Virus genome (UHGV): UHGV-2130109
Source of the DNA: a virus
Length of the DNA: 13,198 nucleotides
Reading direction: 5' to 3' (one strand)
The position numbers and the translations under genes are program-made. Positions 1-7,188 of the stretch are shown piece by piece. Positions within the stretch are counted from its first letter, which is position 1; each line of letters begins with the position of its first letter. The notes beneath the pieces were generated by a model. The model had not been told where the DNA came from. It saw only the letters and a list, made by a program, of their open reading frames with translations, and did no database searches.

Positions 1-252
1 GCGCTGACCGTCGTTCTGCACCCGGTAGTTCCCGAATGAGCACTTCCTGTGAAGCGGCTGGATGCCCGCACGGTTCAGGATTTTTTCAACCCGCGCCTGA
101 TGATTCAGGCGGTTAATTTCCTCGCTGCGCTTACGGCCCTCAGCCAGTTGCCATTCCCGCCATTCGTCGGTCGTCCGGAACGGTGCTGCCACGTGCGGTG
201 GTGCCAGACGGCGCACCCGTTCAAGAATCCCTCCTGTCGAAATGTTTTTCAT
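1..252 (-). CDS. DnaC-like replicative helicase loader, N-terminal part only (gene continues beyond left edge of window)
   Basis: Reverse-strand translation from ATG (252-250) reads MKNISTGGILERVRRLAPPHVAAPFRTTDEWREWQ...GIQPLHRKCSFGNYRV, which matches from memory the N-terminus of E. coli DnaC (..PAHIKPAFKTGEELLAWQ..GIRPLHQNCSFENYRV..). Start lies 7 nt downstream of the stop of the O-like gene, the typical phage replication-module arrangement. Confidence 0.75.
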   Translation of the reverse strand, partial: MKNISTGGILERVRRLAPPHVAAPFRTTDEWREWQLAEGRKRSEEINRLNHQARVEKILNRAGIQPLHRKCSFGNYRVQNDGQR

Positions 253-258
253 GGCTGA

Positions 259-1341
259 TTACCCCCTGAAACCCGGCGGAATTTCGGTGTCCGGTTCAGA
301 AATGTGATTCACGCAACGCAGGCTGACTGCGCCAGCCTTCGGCAGCGACCACGGATTTTCGAAATTCCTGTTCGGGCCAAAAAACGTCGATGCCTGCTGA
401 ACAAATTCAGTTCCCGCTTTCCCGGTAGCCTCCAGGTATCTTGCGTAACGCCTCACGCCATCCAGCACGACATCCGGTGACACCCCTTCGCGTAATCTGG
501 CCCTCCAGGCATTGAACGCGGATTTCTTCGGGTTTGACCCTGCCCGATGCGGATATTCACGCCAGACCCGTTCGAACACGTCAGGATAATCAACTCGTCC
601 CGCAGACGGTCCCGGCATCTCCCGGGTTAACCCAATCGGCTTCCCGCTCATCGCGGAATCGGCATCAGGCTGCTGCGGTTGGTGCTGTTGCTCCGGTTCG
701 ACGATCAGCACCTGCTGCACACAACGCCCGGAATCTGCTTCCGGTGTCGTGCCAGTTGGTCCTGGACGCTCAGTCAGAACGGGGCAAGAATCCCCCTGTG
801 GGTCCGTGGCGATTTTTTCGCCATGGACCAGAAGGGTTTTATCTCTTTCCTGTTCCTGTTCCTGTTCTTGTTCTTGGCTTGAAAGGGGCTCTGAAGGGGC
901 TTCAATTTTCCGACATGATTCACGTCTGACATCCAGATGGAAATCATCCTTATATCTATCATAAAAGGATGATAAAAAAGGATTTTCCAGCAACGCGGAA
1001 TATTCATTTCTTACCCCAGCACAACGGTTATCGCCAGGTTTCAGCGATTCACCAACCTGCCATGCTGCCATTTCATGCACCCATACAACCTCAGAATCAT
1101 GGTCATAGCTGCAAAAACCAGCCTCGCAAGCCATCTGAAGCCCCTTAGAAGCCCCTTCAGGCTCAAGTCCGGTTTCGTGAGCAATGTACAAAACGGGCAG
1201 GTAATAAAGGCCCAGCATATTGGAATGAGGCGAGGTCATCATATACAACGCCACTACCATACATTCCGGACCAGACTTCCTTAGTTTTCGCCCTGTTTCG
1301 CCTAACCAGAACTGAGGTGAAATTGTTGCGTAATTACGCAT
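259..1341 (-). CDS. Phage replication initiation protein (functional analogue of lambda O), with a C-terminal region resembling DnaT/primosomal-protein-like domains
   Basis: 360-codon ORF with ATG at 1341-1339 preceded by GAGAGGGG SD. Position directly after cII and before the DnaC-like gene. C-terminal block (VDYPDVFERVWREYPHRAGSNPKKSAFNAWRARL...) resembles DnaT-like C-termini as I recall them. Central low-complexity (EQ)n linker. Not similar to lambda O itself. Confidence 0.65.
   Translation of the reverse strand: MRNYATISPQFWLGETGRKLRKSGPECMVVALYMMTSPHSNMLGLYYLPVLYIAHETGLEPEGASKGLQMACEAGFCSYDHDSEVVWVHEMAAWQVGESLKPGDNRCAGVRNEYSALLENPFLSSFYDRYKDDFHLDVRRESCRKIEAPSEPLSSQEQEQEQEQERDKTLLVHGEKIATDPQGDSCPVLTERPGPTGTTPEADSGRCVQQVLIVEPEQQHQPQQPDADSAMSGKPIGLTREMPGPSAGRVDYPDVFERVWREYPHRAGSNPKKSAFNAWRARLREGVSPDVVLDGVRRYARYLEATGKAGTEFVQQASTFFGPNRNFENPWSLPKAGAVSLRCVNHISEPDTEIPPGFRG
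594..684. repeat. Intragenic copy of the ~90-bp repeat core that is tandemly arrayed upstream of the O-like gene
   Basis: 594-684 (tcgtcccgcagacggtcccggcatctcccgggttaacccaatcggcttcccgctcatcgcggaatcggcatcaggctgctgcggttggtg) matches 1367-1457 with about 2 mismatches and the first ~83 nt of the copies starting at 1487 and 1600. Confidence 0.9.
849..877. repeat. Hexanucleotide microsatellite (CCTGTT/CTTGTT)x5 inside the O-like gene, encoding an (EQ)n linker
   Basis: cctgttcctgttcctgttcttgttcttgg read directly; corresponds to QEQEQEQEQE in the minus-strand protein. Confidence 0.9.
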
Positions 1342-1366
1342 AGTCCCCTCTCATACAAGATTTACT

Positions 1367-1682
1367 TCATCCCGCAGACGGTCCCGGCATCTCCCGGGTT
1401 AACCCAATCGGCTTCCCGCTCATCACGGAATCGGCATCAGGCTGCTGCGGTTGGTGTGACTGCACATTGGTGTGACTGCACATCTTCGCAGACGGTCCCG
1501 GTATCTCCGGGTTAACCCAATCGGCTTCCCGCTCATCACGGAATCGGCATCAGGCTGCTGCGGTTGGTGTGACTGCACATTGGTGTGACTGCACATCTTC
1601 GCAGACGGTCCCGCTATCTCCGGGTTAACCCAATCGGCTTCCCGCTCATCACGGAATCGGCATCAGGCTGCTGCGGTTGGTG
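1367..1682. repeat. Three tandem direct repeats (~112-bp unit; third copy truncated), each containing the ~84-bp O-gene-derived core; the first two also carry a duplicated 16-bp motif TTGGTGTGACTGCACA (iteron-like)
   Basis: Units begin near 1374, 1487 and 1600 with cgcagacggtcccgg(c/t)atctcc(c)gggttaacccaatcggcttcccgctcatcacggaatcggcatcaggctgctgcggttggtg. The 16-mer pairs lie at 1451-1482 and 1564-1595. Array lies between cII and the O-like start. Confidence 0.9.
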
Positions 1683-1729
1683 TTTTTGCTGGCGAAATAC
1701 TTCCAGATGTGGCAGAATTATTTCCGAGT

Positions 1730-1806
1730 ATTGCTCCATGCCCTCTGAATATCAGATATTCATCAGGATTTGCTCAGAACGTCCGGCCCCAACCGGACGT
1801 TTTTTA
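1730..1806 (+). ncRNA. oop: OOP-like antisense RNA overlapping the 3' end of cII, ending in an intrinsic terminator
   Basis: 3' portion CAGGATTTGCTCAGAACGTCCGGCCCCAACCGGACGTTTTTTATT closely resembles lambda OOP 3' end (CTGGATTTGTTCAGAACGCTCGGTTGCCGCCGGGCGTTTTTTATT, from memory). Stem 1777-1785/1792-1800 plus T-run. Antisense to the cII 3' end as in lambda. The 5' end is approximate. Confidence 0.55.
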
Positions 1807-2048
1807 TTTGCATGAGAGTTAATCGCATGCTGAAACGCCCGGCTGATCGGACTGATATCCGATGCCATCTGGAACGCACATAAAATCGCCGCAATGTATC
1901 GCCAGTCGGTACGACTGATCTTCGATTCATGGCAGCCAATCATCTTTGCCAGTCCCCTTTGCGTCAGAGCTGACAGGTTGATAAGTAAATCCGTTTCAGC
2001 TCGATCGATATCGCGCTGTGACAGTTTGCTGTAACTTGTTTGTGACAT
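1752..2048 (-). CDS. cII: cII-family transcriptional activator (lysogeny establishment)
   Basis: 98-codon minus-strand ORF immediately downstream of cro/nutR. C-terminus ...HANKKRPVGAGRSEQILMNI parallels lambda CII ...TNKKRPAATERSEQIQMEF. The N-terminal two-thirds differs from lambda CII. Confidence 0.75.
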   Translation of the reverse strand: MSQTSYSKLSQRDIDRAETDLLINLSALTQRGLAKMIGCHESKISRTDWRYIAAILCAFQMASDISPISRAFQHAINSHANKKRPVGAGRSEQILMNI

Positions 2049-2086
2049 TTCTTATGATTCCAAATAGTGAATAGTTAGTTGAAAGG

Positions 2087-2104
2087 TATGCGTGGAAACG
2101 CATA
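2087..2104 (-). terminator. Hairpin between nutR and cII, candidate tR1-like pause/termination element
   Basis: tatgcgt-ggaa-acgcata: 7-bp stem with GNRA-type loop, at the lambda tR1 position. No strong U-run on the minus strand, so if functional it is probably rho-dependent. Confidence 0.25.
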
Positions 2105-2133
2105 TGGCCTTAGTTGGTCAGATATCTTGGGGC

Positions 2134-2179
2134 TCGCTTTGTCAGCGACGTAGGACGAATGCCCATTGTGAAAAGAGCG
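2134..2179 (-). promoter_or_regulatory. nutR: boxA-like (CGCTCTTTT, complement of 2171-2179) and boxB hairpin (TCGCTGACAAAGCGA, complement of 2134-2148)
   Basis: Lies immediately downstream of the cro stop on the minus strand. boxA is close to the CGCTCTT(T)A consensus. boxB has a 5-bp stem and the same GACAA pentaloop as the nutL boxB. Confidence 0.5.
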
Positions 2180-2186
2180 GTGTTAC

Positions 2187-2387
2187 TTATGCAGTTGTTT
2201 TTTTGTTACTTGGGAAGGGCTTTATTTCTTCCGCATAAACGCTTCCATCAGCGTTTATAGTTAAAAAAATCTTTCGGCCTGCATGAATGGCCTTGTTAAT
2301 CGCGCTTTGATATACGCCGAGATCTTTAGCCGTCTTGGTTTGCCCAAAGCGTATTGCATAATCTTTCAGGGTTATGCGTTGTTCCAT
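2187..2387 (-). CDS. cro: Cro repressor
   Basis: 66 aa, [66 protein letters not shown]; about 2 substitutions relative to lambda Cro as I recall it. SD TAAGGAGG upstream. Confidence 0.95.
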   Translation of the reverse strand: MEQRITLKDYAIRFGQTKTAKDLGVYQSAINKAIHAGRKIFLTINADGSVYAEEIKPFPSNKKTTA

Positions 2388-2413
2388 ACAACCTCCTTAG
2401 TACAGGCAATCAT

Positions 2414-2477
2414 TATCACCGCTAGAGGTATAATAGTCAACACGCACGGTGTTAGATATTTATCCCTTGCGGTGATA
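2414..2477. promoter_or_regulatory. Right operator oR1-oR2-oR3 with divergent pR (toward cro) and pRM (toward cI)
   Basis: 17-bp sites: oR1 2414-2430 (TACCTCTAGCGGTGATA on the cro strand, one G->A relative to lambda), oR2 2438-2454 (TAACACCGTGCGTGTTG, identical to lambda), oR3 2461-2477 (TATCACCGCAAGGGATA, identical to lambda). The cI ATG at 2488 sits at the 5' end of the pRM transcript, consistent with the leaderless lambda cI mRNA. Confidence 0.9.
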
Positions 2478-2484
2478 GATTTAA

Positions 2485-3201
<717 letters not shown>

Positions 3202-3271
3202 TGAAGGGCTAAATGTCTCCTAATAAAAACAGCAATCATTTGAAATTATTAATAATTATAGAGGCTTAGTC

Positions 3272-4270
3272 TTGGAAATCAGCACGGCGGTTATTCATTC
3301 CGAAGAAGATGCTTTGCGTTTTGTTGAGATGTACATCGCTGGGCAAGATCTTCCTGATGGAATATCATTTGAAGGGTGGCCTAACTTAACCTTCCGTCTT
3401 ACTGGTGACAAATTTCATGGCAGTTTGACTCCTTCTGTCATGAAGGGTTTTGTTGAAATGCAGGCCCAAATAAACCGAGCTTATGCATTGTTAAAGTACG
3501 GAGTTCCTGACCCAAGAAAGCTTTCAAAAGAAGAGAAGGAAGCTATCGAAATTCAGGTGAATGTTGAGAATGGCTCGTCCTTGATAGAAGTTAATATGGA
3601 TGGGTTCATGGGTGAGGTTATACAAACTGCGGTGAGTAAAGTGGGCCCTCAAGAGATCGTTATTACAGTTTTAGGGGTCGCTCTTATATGGGGCGGCGTC
3701 GTCCTATTCAAAAAATATCTAGAAGACCGCAAAGAGATTCGCATGGCAGAAGTAAAAAGCGAGTCTGAGCGTGAACACCTTGCGACCATGCGCTTCATGT
3801 CTGAGCAGGAAACAAAACGAAGTGAATTATTGACTCAGATTATTAGCGAAAAACCCAAGCTAGACAACATGGAAAGACTTGCTCATGACGCAAAAACCGA
3901 CATAGTTAAATCATTTGTCAAGGCTGATACAGCTCAGATTGATGGCGTTGTATTGGATGCAGATCTATCCAAAACCCTCACTACAAATGCAAGGCGGAAA
4001 TCAATGGAGATCCGCCTTGATGGAAATTATCGCATTGAAAAGGTTGACTCCACTGATCCAGAGAGCTTCAAAGTGCAAGTGAGAAATGTTGACTCCGATC
4101 TAAGAATATCGTGCATAGTACAAGATGTTTTTCTCGACGCATCCGAGCATAAAAAAGCTCTTCAGCAAGCTGAGTGGGATAGAAAACCAGTTCATTTGTC
4201 AATCAACGCAAAAGAACTAGATGGTGAAATAAAGTCCGCGATAATACTTTATGTCAAAGAGATAACATAA
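3272..4270 (+). CDS. Hypothetical single-pass membrane protein occupying the rexA/rexB position downstream of cI; candidate lysogen-expressed exclusion/abortive-infection factor
   Basis: 332-codon ORF with TTG start 7 nt after a GAGG SD. Central hydrophobic helix (IVITVLGVALIWGGVVLF, about residues 129-147), soluble N-terminal domain, charged K/E-rich C-terminal half. AT-rich spacer and low GC relative to cI. I recognise no similarity to RexA or RexB. Confidence 0.6.
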   Translation: MEISTAVIHSEEDALRFVEMYIAGQDLPDGISFEGWPNLTFRLTGDKFHGSLTPSVMKGFVEMQAQINRAYALLKYGVPDPRKLSKEEKEAIEIQVNVENGSSLIEVNMDGFMGEVIQTAVSKVGPQEIVITVLGVALIWGGVVLFKKYLEDRKEIRMAEVKSESEREHLATMRFMSEQETKRSELLTQIISEKPKLDNMERLAHDAKTDIVKSFVKADTAQIDGVVLDADLSKTLTTNARRKSMEIRLDGNYRIEKVDSTDPESFKVQVRNVDSDLRISCIVQDVFLDASEHKKALQQAEWDRKPVHLSINAKELDGEIKSAIILYVKEIT

Positions 4271-4277
4271 TCCTCAT

Positions 4278-4303
4278 CCCGGCCTCAGCGCCGGGTTTTC
4301 TTT
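4278..4303 (+). terminator. Intrinsic terminator ending the cI operon (tIMM-like)
   Basis: cccggc-ctcagc-gccggg followed by ttttcttt, directly after the 3272-4270 stop. Confidence 0.6.
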
Positions 4304-4455
4304 GCCTCACGATCGCCCCACCTAAAAACACATAACCAATTGTATTTGTTGAAAAATAAATAGATACAACTCACTAAACATCGCAATTCTGATCTCTCGC
4401 CCTCCAAAGCAATACCCCAATTCAAAAAATAAATTCATATAAAAAACATACAGAT

Positions 4456-4518
4456 AACCATCTGCGGTGATGAGCTATCTCTAGCGGTGTTGACTTAAAT
4501 ACCACTAGCGGTGATACT
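4456..4518. promoter_or_regulatory. Left operator oL3-oL2-oL1 with pL (-35 TTGACT 4490-4495, -10 GATACT 4513-4518), transcribing rightward into N
   Basis: oL3 4456-4472 AACCATCTGCGGTGATG, oL2 4476-4492 TATCTCTAGCGGTGTTG, oL1 4500-4516 TACCACTAGCGGTGATA. Near-identical to lambda oL/pL except G->A in oL1 and oL2 and one change at the oL3 edge. Confidence 0.85.
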
Positions 4519-4586
4519 AAACACATCAGCAGGACGCACTACTCACCAGGGCGGTGAATATACAACGATTCGAATATGAATCTACG

Positions 4587-4601
4587 GCGCTGACAAAGCG
4601 C
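4587..4601 (+). promoter_or_regulatory. nutL boxB hairpin, P22-type (GCGCTGACAAAGCGC)
   Basis: 5-bp GC-rich stem with GACAA pentaloop about 60 nt downstream of the pL start. Matches the P22 boxB sequence as I recall it. No clear boxA consensus found upstream. Confidence 0.55.
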
Positions 4602-4766
4602 AATAACCAAAGTGAACTTTGGGGTGTGGTGAAGGGTTCATGGACGGGAATATGTCGCACGTAAAGCGGCGGGGTCTGCGGGACTATTGCCGAATTGAAG
4701 TAGGCCGAAACAGGTCGAAATGGGTCTCCCACCTACCACACCACCAAAGTTCATCAGGAGGTCTAT

Positions 4767-5150
4767 ATGACACGCAGAACTCAGTTCAAAGGCAATTCAC
4801 GCTCTCATCGTCGTGAGCGTTTAAAGGCAAAGGCATTAGCTAACGGCGTGCTGGCCCGCGAAGAAGCAATAAGTTCAGAAGTATTACACCGCCCTACTCT
4901 AAGCAGAGCGCAGATTCAGGCTAAAGGTACTCACGAAACGCCTGAGCGCATAGAAGACGCTAAGCCAATTAAGTTCATGGCACAGGACGTGATCTGGCAA
5001 CAGAAAGAATACAGACGCAATCTGGAGCGAGCGGCCATTGTGTACGCGAATGAGTTTGGACATAAGCAACCAGAAACTGGTGTATGTCTTCCAAACGTAG
5101 CCATTTACGCGGCAGGCTATCGCAAATCAGGAACAATAACAGCGAGGTGA
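4767..5150 (+). CDS. N: N-like transcription antitermination protein (P22 gene 24 type)
   Basis: 127 aa, first gene of the pL operon, AGGAGG SD. N-terminal arginine-rich motif (GNSRSHRRERLKAKALA) resembles the P22 N ARM (GNAKTRRHERRRKLAIER). C-terminal ..AIYAAGYRKSGTITAR resembles P22 gp24. Confidence 0.7.
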   Translation: MTRRTQFKGNSRSHRRERLKAKALANGVLAREEAISSEVLHRPTLSRAQIQAKGTHETPERIEDAKPIKFMAQDVIWQQKEYRRNLERAAIVYANEFGHKQPETGVCLPNVAIYAAGYRKSGTITAR

Positions 5151-5153
5151 TAA

Positions 5154-5867
5154 ATGACAACGCCTTCAGTTTTGCCGCAAAAATTATGGCGTCCACTTGC
5201 AGAGATTAAAAACTTCGTTGAAAAAATGCCTGATGGCGTTCGACTTACGGAAGTTACTAAAAAAGTTAAGACATTTGCCGAACTGTCAGGCAAGGAGAGA
5301 AACCAGCTCATCGATTTTATCGATAAACGGGAAAGCATCATTGTATTTAAGGTCAGAAAAGAAGGTTCTGGTAACGGAGTAACCTTTTTCCGCCACAAAA
5401 AATATGGATATCCCAAACGGGAAGGAAACGTGACCATCATTAAGGACCTTCAGTCAAAATTATGCACCAGATGCGGGCAGACAAAATCAGTCGATGATTT
5501 TTATTCAGATGCCAGCAAACGTGACGGGAGAGCCATTTATTGTAAGAAGTGCGAATCTGCAATGAAACGCTTGCGCAGAGAATGTAATAAATTAATTCTG
5601 CAACAACAGGAATCTGAAATGAATAACCTCAAAGTAGTTTCACCTTCACCAGAAACACTCAGAAAACAGGCAGAAGAATTGCTGAAAGCCGCCGAAATTG
5701 CGGAGAAAAAACGTCAGGAAGATGATGTATTCAACAAAAAACTCGCGCCCTTAAAACTTGAAATTCTTCAGGCCGCCGGAAAAATGCAGCTTAAACTGGA
5801 CGAGTTCATCGACTGCATGGATGAAATGAATAAAGCGGTTCAGAAACTTAAAGAACTGACCTCCTGA
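5154..5867 (+). CDS. Hypothetical protein with CxxC-x19-CxxC zinc-ribbon motif and coiled-coil C-terminus
   Basis: 237-codon ORF starting 4 nt after the N stop with GAGGTGA SD. Low GC. Motif CTRCGQTKSVDDFYSDASKRDGRAIYCKKC. No family recognised. Confidence 0.6.
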   Translation: MTTPSVLPQKLWRPLAEIKNFVEKMPDGVRLTEVTKKVKTFAELSGKERNQLIDFIDKRESIIVFKVRKEGSGNGVTFFRHKKYGYPKREGNVTIIKDLQSKLCTRCGQTKSVDDFYSDASKRDGRAIYCKKCESAMKRLRRECNKLILQQQESEMNNLKVVSPSPETLRKQAEELLKAAEIAEKKRQEDDVFNKKLAPLKLEILQAAGKMQLKLDEFIDCMDEMNKAVQKLKELTS

Positions 5868-5898
5868 TATTAATAAATCGCAACTCACGGAATTAACC

Positions 5899-6258
5899 AT
5901 GAACGAAACAGAACTGAAGCACATTATCGCCCTGCTTCTGGAAGATGCCCGACAGGTTTATCAACTTAGCCCAAATTCCTCAACGCTGGGACGCATCAGG
6001 ATGGCGGAAGCAGCACTGATACAGGAAAATGAAAACAGCACATCTGAAGTTAGTGCTAATGGTGAAAATGAAGCAATAGAAATAAACAGCAATATCAGCG
6101 ATAGTTGCGTCGCTTACAGCCACCAAATAATTCGTGTAAGTGCAAGAATAATGGAAGTGATGGCAAGTGAGCTTGAAAAGCACAACATCAAGCCCACTGA
6201 TTGTTGTTTAAGAACCGTAATGGACGTTATTTATTACTCGATGTTCCGAAGTCGCTAA
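5899..6258 (+). CDS. Hypothetical protein (119 aa)
   Basis: ORF directly following 5154-5867. Weak SD. Low GC. No family recognised. Confidence 0.45.
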   Translation: MNETELKHIIALLLEDARQVYQLSPNSSTLGRIRMAEAALIQENENSTSEVSANGENEAIEINSNISDSCVAYSHQIIRVSARIMEVMASELEKHNIKPTDCCLRTVMDVIYYSMFRSR

Positions 6259-6658
6259 CAGCTGCGAGTTTTTTCATCAAAAAAGGATTCAAATGCGTCG
6301 TAAAATACGGCAATAGCACCGCCCCTATCTACCGCGGCAGGAACTGCCTTTTGAGGTATTTTTTCTTCCCTGAATTGTGTGTTGTAGGTATCAACAGCCA
6401 GTCGCATCAGAAACATTGCCTTTTCTTCTTATGTCATAAATTCACCCTCCTTACGGGGTTGTAGTTAAGGAGTTCTCCACGGGTCAGGTGGAGTTCGTGC
6501 GCCGGACACGGGTGTGAATCCGGCAATCTCAGTTTACTGAACAGATATTCCCCTGAAAAGCCAGGGCATAACACGAAAGCGCACGGCAAAGCTCGTATAT
6601 CTGTACGGCATCGTTAAATTTTCTTCGACCGTGCGCTTCCGGTTGTGAATAACAACAT

Positions 6659-6716
6659 TGCTGTGTGTAGTCATTGGCGGCATCAGTTTATTGCTGGCTG
6701 ATGTCCGCCCTTTTTT
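6659..6716 (+). ncRNA. dicF: DicF-like small RNA (cell-division-inhibiting sRNA family) ending in an intrinsic terminator
   Basis: ...TTGGCGGCATCAGTTTATTGCTGGCTGATGTCCGCCCTTTTTT shares the UUGGCGG(U/C)AUCAGUUU core and the CCGCCC-U-run terminator with E. coli DicF as I recall it (UUUCUGGUGACGUUUGGCGGUAUCAGUUUUACUCCGUGACUGCUCUGCCGCCC). Preceded by about 200 nt of ORF-poor, hairpin-rich sequence. The 5' end is approximate. Confidence 0.45.
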
Positions 6717-6892
6717 AAAGTGAATTTTGTGATGCGGTGAATGCGGCTAAGCGCACGCGGAACAGTTAAACCGACAGGATGTCACGGCAAGTCATCATCC
6801 CCTGACCCGGCGTTAATTGTTAACTGGTTAACGTCACCTGGAGGCACCAGGCACCGCATCAACAAAGTTCATTTGTGAAAATGGAGATAATT

Positions 6893-7114
6893 ATGATTGC
6901 TCATCACTTCGGGACTGATGAAATACCACGTCAGTGCGTGACACCTGGCGATTATGTTCTTCATGAAGGCCGCACATATATCGCTTCAGCAAACAATATT
7001 GAAAAGAGAAAGCTCTATATTCGTAACTTCACGACAAAAACATGCATTACCGACTGCATGATTAAAGTTTTCCTGGGACGCGATGGTTTGCCTGTAAAGG
7101 CCGAATCATGGTGA
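6893..7114 (+). CDS. dicB: Small protein, possible DicB-like cell-division inhibitor (functional counterpart of lambda Kil)
   Basis: ORF track gives a GTG start at 6875; the ATG at 6893 has a GGAG SD 6 nt upstream. Segment [27 protein letters not shown] is weakly similar to E. coli DicB (INKRKQERELLNKICIVSMLARLRLMPKG, from memory). Lies immediately downstream of the DicF-like sRNA as in the Qin dicF-dicB arrangement. Confidence 0.4.
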   Translation: MIAHHFGTDEIPRQCVTPGDYVLHEGRTYIASANNIEKRKLYIRNFTTKTCITDCMIKVFLGRDGLPVKAESW

Positions 7115-7188
7115 TGAGCAATAAATACGCTCTCTAAATCCACACTGAAACAACAATTCACATTAGTTATCAACACTGGAAACGTAAA

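Noticed and set aside
49-258. 69-codon plus-strand ORF at the left edge
   Set aside because: Lies entirely antisense to the DnaC-like gene, whose N-terminus gives a convincing match. No SD.
534-1284. Several ORFs (534-929 +, 679-882 +, 749-964 +, 774-1007 -, 1075-1284 +) inside the O-like gene
   Set aside because: All overlap the 360-codon replication gene in alternative frames or antisense. Several are products of the hexamer and direct repeats (for example poly-LF and poly-SC tracts).
1367-1682. Tandem repeats as a possible CRISPR array
   Set aside because: Units are about 112 bp and contiguous with no unique spacers, and one copy lies inside a protein-coding gene. Not CRISPR-like.
3272-4270. 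Presence of rexA and rexB downstream of cI
   Set aside because: The only ORF here does not resemble RexA (about 279 aa, soluble) or RexB (about 144 aa, four TM helices) in length, topology or sequence as I recall them. There is no second gene.
6480-6545. GC-rich segment (gagttcgtgcgccggacacgggtgtgaatccgg) as a possible tRNA or tRNA fragment
   Set aside because: I could not fold it into a cloverleaf with acceptor stem and anticodon arm. Better explained as hairpins within the structured leader upstream of the DicF-like sRNA.
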